A stretch of DNA of 64,000 nt from Candidatus Bathyarchaeia archaeon (lineage in GTDB: Archaea > Thermoproteota > Bathyarchaeia > Bathyarchaeales > Bathycorpusculaceae). Position 1 is the stretch's first letter; every line of letters begins with the position of its first letter. The stretch lies in assembly GCA_049512935.1 (NCBI GenBank), contig JBEKWR010000010.1, forward strand, positions 1-64,000, read 5' to 3'. A program made the translations under genes and the position numbers. The notes beneath the pieces are model-generated. The model saw only the letters and a program-made list of their open reading frames with translations. It ran no database searches and was not told the DNA's origin. This document shows positions 37,720 through 48,292 of the stretch, piece by piece.

Positions 37720-39141
37720 TCAAGGAGGTTTAAGCCAGAATGGTTTGCCACGTAAAAACTCGGTTAGGAACATGGCGAAATCGCCGTTTTTAGCGTAAAC
37801 TTCGCTTATTTTGCTGTCAACGATGACCTTGATGTTTTTGCGGATTGATTCCGCAATGAGGTCCGCCACGCCAGCGTTTTTGCCTCCGTCCACGAGCTTC
37901 TCTTTTAAGAGGGCGACAGCATCGGTTGTTTTCCGCGGCAACATAACCATCCAGCGTCCGTCCTCAACGAAGGGTCCCGAGATAACCTGTGGGTTGCCTG
38001 CGTATTTAGTCAGGAAAGATTCGCATTCGGGTTCCCGTTCAAGGGGCGGACCGAAGTGCTTTTTGATGTTCGGCAAAACCCGCTGTTCAAGCTCGAAGAC
38101 GAAGACGCTGAGGGTTTTTTCGTTGCTCCAAACCGTGTCGTTAAGGATTCTGTAATCGTTGAGCTCGATCATTCTGTGCAGGGCGCGTTTGGTCCTGTAA
38201 AGTTGACCCCACATGACGTCTGGGACAGCTGGCGCTTGGTCAACCATGAGAAACAGGGTTGATGACCCGCGACTTTCCAGCTGGCTTTTCAGTTTTTTAA
38301 GGGGCAGGGCTTTGGTTTTTGGCGGGTAAAAGAAGGATGTGTCTGGCGTTTTCAGGAACGCTCTTGCCGCGGCGACAAAACTGTAAAGTTTCTCAGGTTG
38401 CACTGCGGAGGCAACGTTTCTTCCCTTGTCCACGGGGTCAACGATGACCAGCGGCTCGGGGAAAAGAAGCGCGAGCTCGTGTTGCCGTTCAGCGTAGTGG
38501 TTTCTAATGTCGACTGTTACCCGTTTGCTGTAGCGGGCAAAAGCCTGCAGGGTTTCGGCGAACGACCCGTAATTCATGATGAGGAGTTCGCAGAGGTACC
38601 CGCTGAAGCCGCCGACTTTTATTTCGGCGCCGTAAACGCCTGTGCCCTGCATGAACTTTTTAAGAAGCCTCACCTCGCCGCGCAGCTCCGTGGTCAAGTG
38701 CTGCTTTATGTAGTCAGTGTGATAGGGCGTTCGGTCAGTGGCGCTTTGCCACTCGCCTAGCTTGGCATCGTAGCAGGGAACGATGTCTACGCGGTAGCCC
38801 CCGACCATGACTTCAAGGTAAGGGTGCTCGGCGAACCGTTCAAGCTGCTCGTAACCCACCGCCGCTTTCTTCGCAATTTTTAAGCCTACGTCGCCGAGGT
38901 TTTTCCGCGGTAACTCGGTTGGCAGGCGCATGAAAATGTCGATGTCAGGGTTCTCGCGTAGCCACGTGTCTTTGGCGACTGAGCCTTCGACACGCACAAC
39001 CGCTGAGACCCCCTCTTCATTGCAGGCTAAGGTTACTTTCTGCGTTATCTCTTGGGTGATAGCCTCTACTCTGGCGCGGTCATCTTCTTTCGGCGAAATT
39101 TTCCTGAGAATTCGCTTTGTAATTTCCTGCATAGTCATCAT
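37720..39141 (-). CDS. cca: Archaeal CCA-adding enzyme
   Basis: EGSVAKDTWL...DIDIF, AEHPY, DRTPYH, GFSGYLCELL, DPVDKGRNVASA. Confidence 0.95.
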   Translation of the reverse strand: MMTMQEITKRILRKISPKEDDRARVEAITQEITQKVTLACNEEGVSAVVRVEGSVAKDTWLRENPDIDIFMRLPTELPRKNLGDVGLKIAKKAAVGYEQLERFAEHPYLEVMVGGYRVDIVPCYDAKLGEWQSATDRTPYHTDYIKQHLTTELRGEVRLLKKFMQGTGVYGAEIKVGGFSGYLCELLIMNYGSFAETLQAFARYSKRVTVDIRNHYAERQHELALLFPEPLVIVDPVDKGRNVASAVQPEKLYSFVAAARAFLKTPDTSFFYPPKTKALPLKKLKSQLESRGSSTLFLMVDQAPAVPDVMWGQLYRTKRALHRMIELNDYRILNDTVWSNEKTLSVFVFELEQRVLPNIKKHFGPPLEREPECESFLTKYAGNPQVISGPFVEDGRWMVMLPRKTTDAVALLKEKLVDGGKNAGVADLIAESIRKNIKVIVDSKISEVYAKNGDFAMFLTEFLRGKPFWLKPP

Positions 39142-39716
39142 TTTTGTTCCTGCGCTGGGCAAAACTCTCTAAGCGTTGAGTAAGTTGGACCTTTAGGCGA
39201 AAGCTGGCTCCGCTTAAGGCGAAGGCAATCCGCTTTTATTGTGCCGAACTCGTAATCAGCCTTCTTCGTGACTAGTTCGGCGAGGCGCTGCTTGTTGGCA
39301 GCTGACCTTACCCGCGCGATGGTTAAGTGGGGGCTGAAGCCATGGTCATCCACTGCGAAGCCCAACGCGCGAATCTGCGGCTCCAACTGGGCGTAGATGC
39401 TTTTTAGTTGCTCGGCGCCCTCGGTCATTCCCGCCCAGACAACACGGGGATAGTTGAGGCTGGGAAAGACGCCTAAGCCTTGGAGCTTGATGGTGAACGG
39501 GGTGAACTTAACGTTCTTCATTGCCTCGTGGATTTTGTCCACCATGCCTGGGCTGATGTCGCCGAGGAAACGCATGGTCACGTGGATGTTTTGGGGCTCG
39601 ACAAGTTTGAGGTCGGCGCCTGTTTCCCTGAGAAGTTTCTGCGCCGCGGCGAGCCTGCTAAGAACCTGCTCGTTTTCCATGTCAAACGCGATGAAGCTTC
39701 GGATTTGCTCGGACAT
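39138..39716 (-). CDS. thpR: RNA 2',3'-cyclic phosphodiesterase
   Basis: Two HxT motifs HVTMRFLG and PHLTIAR; GPTY. Confidence 0.93.
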   Translation of the reverse strand: MSEQIRSFIAFDMENEQVLSRLAAAQKLLRETGADLKLVEPQNIHVTMRFLGDISPGMVDKIHEAMKNVKFTPFTIKLQGLGVFPSLNYPRVVWAGMTEGAEQLKSIYAQLEPQIRALGFAVDDHGFSPHLTIARVRSAANKQRLAELVTKKADYEFGTIKADCLRLKRSQLSPKGPTYSTLREFCPAQEQK

Positions 39717-39930
39717 TTCTGTTCCCTCTGAATACTTAGCGAACAAGACTCATAAATGCTTTAAGCATTCGCAAGGCGCCTCATGGGCGGTTTGTCCATG
39801 CATTTTCCGTTCGGGTTAACTAATCTCTTTCTTTTCTGCCACAGCAAGCTTTTAGGTGTTCAACGCTTGGTTTGTGCTTCAGATACTTTTTAATGTTAGT
39901 TACCGCCATAGAAGCAAAAAAGGGTTCGCT

Positions 39931-40497
39931 ATGAACGCTGACAAAATAGTGGTTGGACTTGCGGGGATGCCTGGGTCAGGCAAATCCTTGGCGGTTGACG
40001 CCGCGCGCGAACTGGGCTACGCAATCGTGGTTATGGGCGACGTTGTCAGAGAGGAAACGCTTAAGCGCGGCTTAGAGTTGACCCCCCAGAACGTGGGCAA
40101 AGTCATGCTGCAGCTTCGCGCGGAAGGCGGAAACACCGTGGTCGCCCAGAAATGCATTCCCAAAATCGAGGAGCAAGCGGGCAGCAAGGTTCTAGTCGAC
40201 GGGTTGCGCAGCCTCTATGAGGTTGACGCTTTCAAAGAGCACTTCGCCAAGTTCACGGTTGCAGCTGTGCATGCTTCGCCTGAGACAAGGTTTAACCGCC
40301 TGTTTAGCCGCCGCCGAAGCGACGACCCCGACGGCTGGGAAGTTTTCCGTGAACGTGACATGCGGGAGCTGAGCGTGGGGTTGGGTAACGTTATAGCGAT
40401 GGCTGAGCAGTTGATAGTTAACGATAATAGTGTTGAAGACGCTAAGGGTGCATTCAAGGAAGCACTCGGGAGGATTGAGGCGAAATGGAGCAAGTGA
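39931..40497 (+). CDS. UPF0200 / dephospho-CoA-kinase-like P-loop protein
   Basis: GMPGSGKS, MGDVVR, DGLRS, RDMRELSVG. Confidence 0.85.
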   Translation: MNADKIVVGLAGMPGSGKSLAVDAARELGYAIVVMGDVVREETLKRGLELTPQNVGKVMLQLRAEGGNTVVAQKCIPKIEEQAGSKVLVDGLRSLYEVDAFKEHFAKFTVAAVHASPETRFNRLFSRRRSDDPDGWEVFRERDMRELSVGLGNVIAMAEQLIVNDNSVEDAKGAFKEALGRIEAKWSK

Positions 40498-40886
40498 CCG
40501 TTCACGCTGAGGCGGAAATTAACCCGACGGAGGACGAGGAAAAAGTCAAGGCTGCCGTCTGCAACATGCTGGGGAACCCATCCGTAACCATCGCGTCAGA
40601 AGGCAAAGGCAGCGTGTTGACGGCTGAAGCCTCAGGGCAAGATTCTCTGTTTAAATTTCGAAATCTGCTGCGTAATGACAGGATTCGTGACGCCGCCAGA
40701 AAAGCCCTGTTTCACAGTATGCGAGGAAACACCATCAGCTTCTGCCTAAACAAGCAGGTCGCCTATGCTGGGCACATCAGCTTTTCAGAAGAAACAGCGG
40801 AGTCGCCCCTAGGACCCATAAGAGTAACTATCACCAGTGACAATCCAAGGCACCTAATCGAGTGGCTAGCTGAAAAAACCGCGTAG
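40485..40886 (+). CDS. UPF0201 (DUF54) RNA-binding protein
   Basis: NPTEDEEKV, IRDAAR, LNKQVA, SPLGPI. Confidence 0.88.
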   Translation: MEQVTVHAEAEINPTEDEEKVKAAVCNMLGNPSVTIASEGKGSVLTAEASGQDSLFKFRNLLRNDRIRDAARKALFHSMRGNTISFCLNKQVAYAGHISFSEETAESPLGPIRVTITSDNPRHLIEWLAEKTA

Positions 40887-40902
40887 GCGAGAAGGGCACG
40901 GG

Positions 40903-41919
40903 ATGGCTGCAAGGGCGCAGGTGGCGAAGAACGGTGCGGTTCTGCTAGGTGACAGCGTCGCATGTGACGCCTTCGACGAGCATCGACCCTTGCGGATTGT
41001 GACTCACGCGCACGCAGACCACCTTGGCGGCTTGCGGAAAAGCATCAAGTGCTGCCAAAAAGTTCTGATGACACCAGCCACAAGGGACCTTGCCGAGAAG
41101 CTTGATTACACGCTTAAACTGCGGGGCAACCCGATTGAAACCTTAGAGTACGGCAAAGGCATCGTGTTCGGCGACGAAAAAATCACGCTTTTGAAAGCCG
41201 ACCACATCTTGGGCGCGGCGCAGGTGCTGCTTGAGGATGCGGGCGGGATACGAGTTGCCTACAGCGGCGACTTCCGCATTGACGGCACCCCCGTGGTGGA
41301 ATGTGACGTGCTTGTGGTTGAGGCAACTTATGGAAGCCCGTCGTGCAGGCGCAGGTTCAAAGTGGATGTGCGCGAACTCTTCGTTTCCATGGTTGAGAAG
41401 CGCCTGCGCGGCGGCGCGGTATACGTTTTCGGGTACCACGGGAAACTTCAGGAAGCCATGCAGCTTCTAAGAGACGCGGACGTGTCTGTGCCGTTTGTGA
41501 TGCCTGACCGTGTTTACGAAATCGCGCAGGTTTGTGAGCGGCATGGGATGCGGTTGGGCGGCATGTCGCTTTCCACGGATGCGGATGGGCGGGAACTTTT
41601 GGAGGGCAACCTTCCCTGCGTCGCCTTCTACCACATGAACGCCCGTGGCAATGTGGGCTTGCGGAACGCGAGGATTTGTCTCAGCGGCTGGGAATTCAGT
41701 GCCGCAAGCAGGCAAATCGGCGAGCGGGAATATTTAGTGGCTTTGAGCGACCACTCGGATTTTGACGGGTTAATCGAGTACGTTAAGCGTTCGAAGGCAA
41801 AGCAGGTTATCACCGACAACTACCGAAGCCAAGGCGCGGTCTTAGCCAAGGAAATCCGCAAGCGCTTAGGCGTCTCCGCGGTGCCGATGCCCCGAACGCC
41901 CGGGCAAACCACACTGTAA
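40903..41919 (+). CDS. MBL/beta-CASP nuclease
   Basis: THAHADH, HILGA, YSGDF, VEATYG, LSDHSDF. Confidence 0.88.
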   Translation: MAARAQVAKNGAVLLGDSVACDAFDEHRPLRIVTHAHADHLGGLRKSIKCCQKVLMTPATRDLAEKLDYTLKLRGNPIETLEYGKGIVFGDEKITLLKADHILGAAQVLLEDAGGIRVAYSGDFRIDGTPVVECDVLVVEATYGSPSCRRRFKVDVRELFVSMVEKRLRGGAVYVFGYHGKLQEAMQLLRDADVSVPFVMPDRVYEIAQVCERHGMRLGGMSLSTDADGRELLEGNLPCVAFYHMNARGNVGLRNARICLSGWEFSAASRQIGEREYLVALSDHSDFDGLIEYVKRSKAKQVITDNYRSQGAVLAKEIRKRLGVSAVPMPRTPGQTTL

Positions 41920-41950
41920 AACTGCATTCTGCCCCAGTTCTGAGCTTCGT

Positions 41951-43390
41951 TCAGAAAAGCAGTAGGAAAAACCAGAGAGGAATGTACGCGATCTTGTCTT
42001 TGAAGTCAAGTTTGTCCTTGGTTACGATGATGCTGAACGGGCTTGAATTTTTTTCCGCGAATTCCCGACAGCCTTCTGCGTCTTCAGCCCTTATTTCGCT
42101 TTGGTACTTGACTTCGATGGGCACTGGTTTTTTCCCGTACACTACGACGTTATCCACTTCGCGGTTGTTCTTCCAGTAGTAACAAGTCGGGCGGTAAGAG
42201 GGAAACCGAACCGACAGAATTTGAAGATGGCTATGCACAACGGTTTCAGCGATTAAACCTACATCGCTGGTGTCCAAAAGCGCCTTGGGCGAGTATGTGC
42301 CATTAAGGACGTTTCTTACGCCCGTGTCTGAAATGTATGTTTTCGTGGGGTTTCGAAGTTGCTTGGCTCTATTTTTGGAGTAAATCATGCAGGTGCTGAT
42401 CAGGAAGACTTCCTCAAGGTACTCTATGTATTCGCCGATGGTTTCCTGCTTCATCTTCAGTTTAGGCGACACGCTTGTCTCGGAAAAAAGTTCAGCCGAG
42501 TGGTTGGCTAAGTAAAGCAGCAGGTCTTCCATGTTCTTCGGGTTCCTGATGCCGAAGACTCGCACGATGTCCTTGTAGATTACCAGCTGCAGCAAATCCT
42601 TGATGTATTGACCGCATTTCTGGTAGTCTTCCATCGGGATGAGCTCTATATAGCCGCCTTTGATCATGAATTCGGAAAGCAAATTCTCTATCTGCCTCTG
42701 ACAAGAACCCAGTTTGGCGTATGACTCTTTAAGGTTCTTTGACAGCGGACCTATGTCGTTGTTTTCCAACGCTGCCTTCAAGCTTTCCTGCAGCGCCGAG
42801 CTTAGCTTGACCAGTTCGCCGTTTACGTTCTTGAAGTTAAGATAGTCCGCGAAAGTGAGGGTTGAAATCAGATTCAACGATATTCTCCCAGCGAGAGACT
42901 CGGAACTGCCCCGCGTGACTCCCGCCGCAGACGAGCCGCTTATGATGAATTTGACGTTGTATCCTTTGTCATAGAAGGATTTGAGGGTCTCACTCCATCT
43001 GTCTACGTGCTGGATTTCGTCAAGAAAGATGTAGGTTTTTCCTTCAAGGTTTGCCAAGTCTTTGCCCAAAATGTGCTTGCTGTAGACGTCGATTAATCGG
43101 TATATGAGCGGGGGATTTTGCGTTTCAGCTTCAAACAGCGGTTCGTCAAGCTGCGCAAAGAGGATGTTCTTCGGGTTGGTTCTTTCGTCCAGTAACTGCT
43201 TTATCAACTGCTTCATCAGCACGGACTTGCCGACTCGTCTGGGACCGATTATCGCCGTTATCTGTTTGTCCTTCAGGGCGGTCCAAAGGGACAAGAATTC
43301 CCTTCGCTTTTTGGAGGGCACCGTTAACCTTTTTTCTTCCCACCAAGGGTTGAGGCTGTAGAGGATTTTCAGTGTCTCTAAATCATCCAT
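41951..43390 (-). CDS. AAA_14/DUF4143 ATP-binding protein
   Basis: NPWW, GPRRVGKS, FLDEIQ, SGSS, ESLAGR, EVD...PIEVKY. Confidence 0.9.
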   Translation of the reverse strand: MDDLETLKILYSLNPWWEEKRLTVPSKKRREFLSLWTALKDKQITAIIGPRRVGKSVLMKQLIKQLLDERTNPKNILFAQLDEPLFEAETQNPPLIYRLIDVYSKHILGKDLANLEGKTYIFLDEIQHVDRWSETLKSFYDKGYNVKFIISGSSAAGVTRGSSESLAGRISLNLISTLTFADYLNFKNVNGELVKLSSALQESLKAALENNDIGPLSKNLKESYAKLGSCQRQIENLLSEFMIKGGYIELIPMEDYQKCGQYIKDLLQLVIYKDIVRVFGIRNPKNMEDLLLYLANHSAELFSETSVSPKLKMKQETIGEYIEYLEEVFLISTCMIYSKNRAKQLRNPTKTYISDTGVRNVLNGTYSPKALLDTSDVGLIAETVVHSHLQILSVRFPSYRPTCYYWKNNREVDNVVVYGKKPVPIEVKYQSEIRAEDAEGCREFAEKNSSPFSIIVTKDKLDFKDKIAYIPLWFFLLLF

Positions 43391-43422
43391 GGTTCACTGA
43401 GTGTTAAAACAACCTTTTAAAA

Positions 43423-43481
43423 TTTGCCCCTTCATGAAGGGGTGAAAATGGCAGATTTTGCCCCTTTACGGAGGGGTGAAA
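43423..43481. promoter_or_regulatory. Two 25-bp palindromic operator-like boxes
   Basis: tttgccccttcatgaaggggtgaaa (perfect 16-bp core) and tttgcccctttacggaggggtgaaa, starts 34 bp apart. Confidence 0.65.
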
Positions 43482-43595
43482 TACGGCGTTTTCTGGGGAG
43501 CCACGCCTTTGCTGGCTGCCGAAGATTTATTTGCCTAAAGTTTAAAAGTGAAAAACGGAACTATCTCAAGCTACGAGAAGACGGAGCAACAGAAA

Positions 43596-44867
43596 ATGAC
43601 TAAGACATCCGTGATTTCAGGATTCTACAAGTTTCCGCTTAAAGAGCGGCTGAGCATCGTTAAGGACTTCGCGGGCTTAACCGACGACGAAGTCGCTTTG
43701 CTGGAGAACACGGGCGCAGTTGCGTTCGACACCGTGAACCACATGGTGGAAAACGCTATCGGCGTCTTCCCTGAACCGCTTGGTTTGGCGGTGAACTTCC
43801 AGATTAACGGCAAAGACTACCTTATCCCGATGGCGACTGAGGAGCCCAGCGTGATTGCCGCCGCCTGCTACGCCGCGAAAATGGTCCGTGACGGAGGAGG
43901 CTTCCACACCAGCAGCACCGCACCCGTGATGATTGGACAGGTGCAAGTGGTTGGCTTAAAAGACGCTGAGGAAGCGAAAAACCAAGTTCTAGCCGCCAAA
44001 GCAGAGATTCTGAAGAAAGCCAACGATCAAGACCCAGTGTTGAACTCTTTCGGTGGCGGAGCAAAAGACTTAGGCGCCAAAGTCATCGACACAACCTTGG
44101 GGCAAATGCTGATTGTCGAGTTGTACGTTGACTGCCGTGATGCAATGGGCGGAAACGCCGTTAACACCATGGCTGAAGCAGTGGCGCCCCAAATCGAGCA
44201 GTTAACTGGCGGTCACGTTTACCTGCGCATCATCTCCAACCTCGCAACTAAGCGGATGGCAAAGGCATGGTGCACCGTTCCCAAAGAGGCGCTGGGCGGA
44301 GAAGCGGTGGTTGACGGAATCGCCTATGCCTCTGCCTTCGCCGCTGCTGACCCTTACCGTGCAGCTACACACAATAAGGGTGCAATGAACGGCATCATCG
44401 CGGTGGTTCTTGCAACAGGCAACGATCACAGAGCCATTGAAGCTGGAGCCCACGCCTACGCCGCGTTGAAGGGACCCTACACGAGCATTTCGAAATGGAC
44501 GAAAAACGCGGACGGCAACTTGGAAGGCGTGATCGAGTTGCCTATGGCTGTCGGCTTGATAGGCGGCGCAGTGAAAACGCATCCCGTAGCTCGGGTAGCC
44601 ATGAAGATACTGGGCGTTAAGACAGCCAACGAGTTCGCGGAGGTCTTAGCTGCGGTAGGCTTAGCCCAGAACCTTGGTGCATTGCGTGCTTTGGCGAGCG
44701 AGGGAATCCAGCGTGGGCACATGTCGCTTCACGCGAGAAACATCGCTATAACGGCTGGCGCGAAGGATGAAATGGTTGATTTGGTGGCTGAACGCATGGT
44801 TAAGGAACGCAAGGTCCGAGTTGACCGGGCAAAAGAAATCATTGACGAACTAAGCGGCAAGAAGTAA
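43596..44867 (+). CDS. mvaA: Class II HMG-CoA reductase
   Basis: ENAIG, ATEEPSVIAA, DAMGGN, RAATHNKG, EGIQRGHMSLH. Confidence 0.93.
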   Translation: MTKTSVISGFYKFPLKERLSIVKDFAGLTDDEVALLENTGAVAFDTVNHMVENAIGVFPEPLGLAVNFQINGKDYLIPMATEEPSVIAAACYAAKMVRDGGGFHTSSTAPVMIGQVQVVGLKDAEEAKNQVLAAKAEILKKANDQDPVLNSFGGGAKDLGAKVIDTTLGQMLIVELYVDCRDAMGGNAVNTMAEAVAPQIEQLTGGHVYLRIISNLATKRMAKAWCTVPKEALGGEAVVDGIAYASAFAAADPYRAATHNKGAMNGIIAVVLATGNDHRAIEAGAHAYAALKGPYTSISKWTKNADGNLEGVIELPMAVGLIGGAVKTHPVARVAMKILGVKTANEFAEVLAAVGLAQNLGALRALASEGIQRGHMSLHARNIAITAGAKDEMVDLVAERMVKERKVRVDRAKEIIDELSGKK

Positions 44868-44906
44868 CCGCAGTCATTTGGCGCAGCGAATGCTGATCCG
44901 TAAAGG

Positions 44907-46667
44907 TTAGAAGTTTAGGGTCACCTGTGTGCCCGAGGGTGCTCCTGTGACAGTGACTTCTCCCATTGACGTTTCACCCCAGCCTGTAGTCGTGATCATG
45001 GTGGCTGAGTAAGTCCAGTTTGTGGGCGCGGCTGGTGACCCGTTGAATTGTACCGATTTTGGCGCGGAGGCTGCTGAGAACATTTGGTATCCGCCGGTTC
45101 CGAGGACCGTGTATTTAATCTGGGTGGCGTTGATGCTGTTTATCACGATGTTTGAGCCGACTGAGGTCACAGTAAAGTTCGATGTGACGCCGTTCATGAT
45201 TAAACCGTTAAATGTAAGCGTGTCGCCGTACTGGCTGAAACCTTGCAGCGTCGCAGCGGATCCAAAGCCCACGCTGTAACCGCTTGACCCTAGAAAACTG
45301 TTACTGGTTGGTACGGTGGCGTTGGAAGGCGAGTAAGCGTTGAGGGCGGGGTAGAAAGTGAATTGGTCCTGAGGGTCGGTCAGGAAGTGAGGTGATCCAT
45401 AGTCTTGATAGGTGTGAATGTACACGATCGGGTTTGCTGTATCGTTGAAGTTGAAAGTGTAGATTCGCGCGGTCGCGGCGCCCATCTGGTTATCCACTTC
45501 TTGACGGTTGAAGAAAATCTCTTCTCTGTTCCCAACTCTGAGGTTGTCTGCTGTGCCTCCTTCCCCGTAGTCGTGCCCGTTTAAGGTCATGAACACGTTC
45601 GGGTAGTTGTTTAGTATCTTTTCAAAGTTTGTCGCCCAAGTTACATCGTAAGCATCAAGGGTGCCGTAAGTCCCGTTTCCGTTAAGGTAATTGTGCGTTG
45701 CCACGATCACGTTGACGTTCGGGTTCGCCGCCAACAAGCCTTGCATCCAGTTCAGGACAGTCTGGTTAGCGTCGTACTCAACGTTGATTATCATGAAACG
45801 GTAGCTGCCGAAGCTGAACTGTACCGCCGTGCTTGCGCCGTTGAAGATGTCTCCGACCCAGTATGGGTTTTGGCGCATGAGTGTTACGTTGAAGGCAGGG
45901 TAGTTTCCGCCTATGTACGTGCCGTTGACGTTTCCGTCGCTGTAGCCGTCGTTGCCTATTTGGTCATGGTTTCCCGCGTCCCAACAGTAAGGAATTTCAT
46001 TGTAGTACAGAGTCATCATGGCGGCATTGGCGTTTTGCCAGTCAGTTAAATTGTTTGGTGTCTCCACGATGTCTCCTGTGTGAACAACCATTGCCAGATT
46101 TAGCGCCTCGCTGTTATTCACTATCCAACTGGTTAAGCCGCTGTATGCGGCTGGATAAGAGTCGCTCAAGTATTGGGTGTCTGTGATTTGAACTATGCTA
46201 AATGAGACACCGATTGGATTCTCCGTGGGCAGGTCACTTTGAGCTTGCATGCTTGCTACATTCCCGTTCAAAGTTGCTATTTCCGTGTTGTCTGCTGCCG
46301 CTATCGACTGCTCTGATTGCAACGCCGATGTGGTAGACGCTAACGAATCCTGAGCTGCCGCCAGTTCATACTGCGTCTTTAACAATGTGGTTGATGTCAC
46401 TGTTTCCGTGGCTTTCAGAGAATTGTATTTTTCGACTTCAGAGTTGAGTTTGTTCTGAAGATCTGTGTTATTGGCCTTCATTGATGACACTTGCGCTGTA
46501 AGGTCAGCTATTTGGGCGTTCAAAGAATCGATGGTCTTGTTTTGGGAAGACGCGCGGGTTTGGCTCACACTTAGATTTTGCAGCAAGCCGCCCACAGCGA
46601 TTACGGTAACGATGCATAAAACTGCGATGCCCAATACAAGTTTTCTACTAACAGACTTTTTGCTCAT
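44907..46667 (-). CDS. Membrane-anchored metallophosphoesterase with coiled-coil stalk
   Basis: N-terminal TM; heptad region; TDTQY, HTGDIV, GNHD, TH, NGH motifs. Confidence 0.85.
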   Translation of the reverse strand: MSKKSVSRKLVLGIAVLCIVTVIAVGGLLQNLSVSQTRASSQNKTIDSLNAQIADLTAQVSSMKANNTDLQNKLNSEVEKYNSLKATETVTSTTLLKTQYELAAAQDSLASTTSALQSEQSIAAADNTEIATLNGNVASMQAQSDLPTENPIGVSFSIVQITDTQYLSDSYPAAYSGLTSWIVNNSEALNLAMVVHTGDIVETPNNLTDWQNANAAMMTLYYNEIPYCWDAGNHDQIGNDGYSDGNVNGTYIGGNYPAFNVTLMRQNPYWVGDIFNGASTAVQFSFGSYRFMIINVEYDANQTVLNWMQGLLAANPNVNVIVATHNYLNGNGTYGTLDAYDVTWATNFEKILNNYPNVFMTLNGHDYGEGGTADNLRVGNREEIFFNRQEVDNQMGAATARIYTFNFNDTANPIVYIHTYQDYGSPHFLTDPQDQFTFYPALNAYSPSNATVPTSNSFLGSSGYSVGFGSAATLQGFSQYGDTLTFNGLIMNGVTSNFTVTSVGSNIVINSINATQIKYTVLGTGGYQMFSAASAPKSVQFNGSPAAPTNWTYSATMITTTGWGETSMGEVTVTGAPSGTQVTLNF

Positions 46668-47096
46668 AATCTTCCCCGCTTCGAAGCCCTTTTACTCCGA
46701 TGAAACAATGGAACGATGTCTTTTTATATTTTGCTTAAAAAAAAACTATTGGAAAAATATTATCGTATGCAATGATTCTTACGTTTTATTCTTGCAGTCG
46801 CAATTTGGGTCAACTGCATCGCCCTGCCCTCATTGGTAGGGCTTTAAATTGTTGACGACCACCTTTAGAATGGAAATAAGCCGCCAAGTACGACGTGTTG
46901 GGTTAAGACGCCCCCTCACAGTCCGCGTCGTTGTTTGCTGCTTGCGGCATAGCTCTAAACACCTTTGCTGATGGCAAGCTACCGTTTGAACGCTTTAACC
47001 GTGGCTCTGCACAGAGAGCGTGAAAAAAGACGAGGCACCCTGTTTTTGCAGTTTTGATAGCGACGTGTTTTTAGGCGGTTGGAAAGCGGTGAAGCT

Positions 47097-48077
47097 TTAG
47101 CGTGTAGTGTGTTTCTTGACTTTTCTAGCTTCTTTTACTGTCTTGTGAGATCTGTTTCTTTTTAGCATCAGCATGGCTGCGGTGGCTGCTATTGCAAGAA
47201 CCACTACCACGATTACCACGATGGCAATCGTCGTGACGATTGAGGAGCTTTTCTGGTTTCCCGGTGACTGCGTAGATGACGAGGCTGTGCTGGTTGGGGA
47301 CGTGGTGGAAGTTGCATTGCCCACGTTGGAGGTGCTATTGGGTGGGGTTCCTGTAAGAATAGGCGCTTGAGTTTGAACTAGCAGTTGGTAACTGTATATT
47401 TTCATGCTTGCTGGTACCTGTGACTGGTTTAGGTCAAACGCGGCGACTTGGAATGTGGTTGATTGTGAGGGTTCAAGAACGGTAGGGGTCAGGTAATTCG
47501 TGTATCCTACGGCAACTACGCCTCCGGTGGAGTTATAGAATGTTCCAACGATGTACACGTTTGTCGCTGCCTGGTTACCTGTGTTTTTCACTTCGCCGTT
47601 AACCAGATAGACACCGGTGAAGTTGCCGAATGTGCCGATTGATCCCGTGTGGCTTGTGATGGTTAAGCCTTGGTATTGGTAGCTGTTTGTCGCGTTGGCC
47701 TGAGCGACGTTTAGGTATATGGTGTAATGGTATGATGGGTCCCAGTAATCGGAAGTGCCGCCCTGTGGCTCGTAGAATTCTATATAGAAGGGCGCTGACT
47801 GCCCAGGGATTAGGTCTGACACGTAAGCTTGACAGGCAGAGTCGTCAAGATCTGTTGTGCCAGCGTATACTGATCCAGTCAAATACACCTGTGAAAGTGT
47901 GGTGTTACCCACATTTCGGATTTCGCCAACCACGTCAAGAATGCCTTCTTGGTCAACGTACCAGCTGTGGCTTAGAATCTTGACGTTTTGGGTTTGGCTG
48001 TGCGCCTTAGGAACTGAGATTAACCCTACAGATAGCATTAACAAAGCGACCAAGAAATAAACCGTTTTCTTTCTCAT
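47097..48077 (-). CDS. FxLYD-domain surface protein (paralog 1)
   Basis: Signal peptide; VVGEIRNVG and GEVKNTG...GTFYN units; Ser/Thr linker, TM, basic tail. Confidence 0.8.
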   Translation of the reverse strand: MRKKTVYFLVALLMLSVGLISVPKAHSQTQNVKILSHSWYVDQEGILDVVGEIRNVGNTTLSQVYLTGSVYAGTTDLDDSACQAYVSDLIPGQSAPFYIEFYEPQGGTSDYWDPSYHYTIYLNVAQANATNSYQYQGLTITSHTGSIGTFGNFTGVYLVNGEVKNTGNQAATNVYIVGTFYNSTGGVVAVGYTNYLTPTVLEPSQSTTFQVAAFDLNQSQVPASMKIYSYQLLVQTQAPILTGTPPNSTSNVGNATSTTSPTSTASSSTQSPGNQKSSSIVTTIAIVVIVVVVLAIAATAAMLMLKRNRSHKTVKEARKVKKHTTR

Positions 48078-48292
48078 GAAATTTCCTCTCTCATCCATGC
48101 GGAATTCTAAAGCGAACCAATGACGCATGCATAACAACTTTGCAGTATAAAATGCTTTTTCCAAATGTCAAATTTGGCGTAATCGCAGATTTTTTTCAGG
48201 ATAAGTGCTTATCTAACGGGTTTTGGTTCACATCTTCGTTTTCTACGATGTGTTAAGACGAGGTTGAAAATGAGTCTTTGCCGTGGGAGGTC

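Noticed and set aside
46870-46985. Fluoride riboswitch or H/ACA RNA (hairpin 46880-46948; TAAAC...GCTGATGGC...CTAC)
   Set aside because: Lacks the 5' GGCGATGG stem, a K-turn and a downstream target gene; an Rfam scan would be needed
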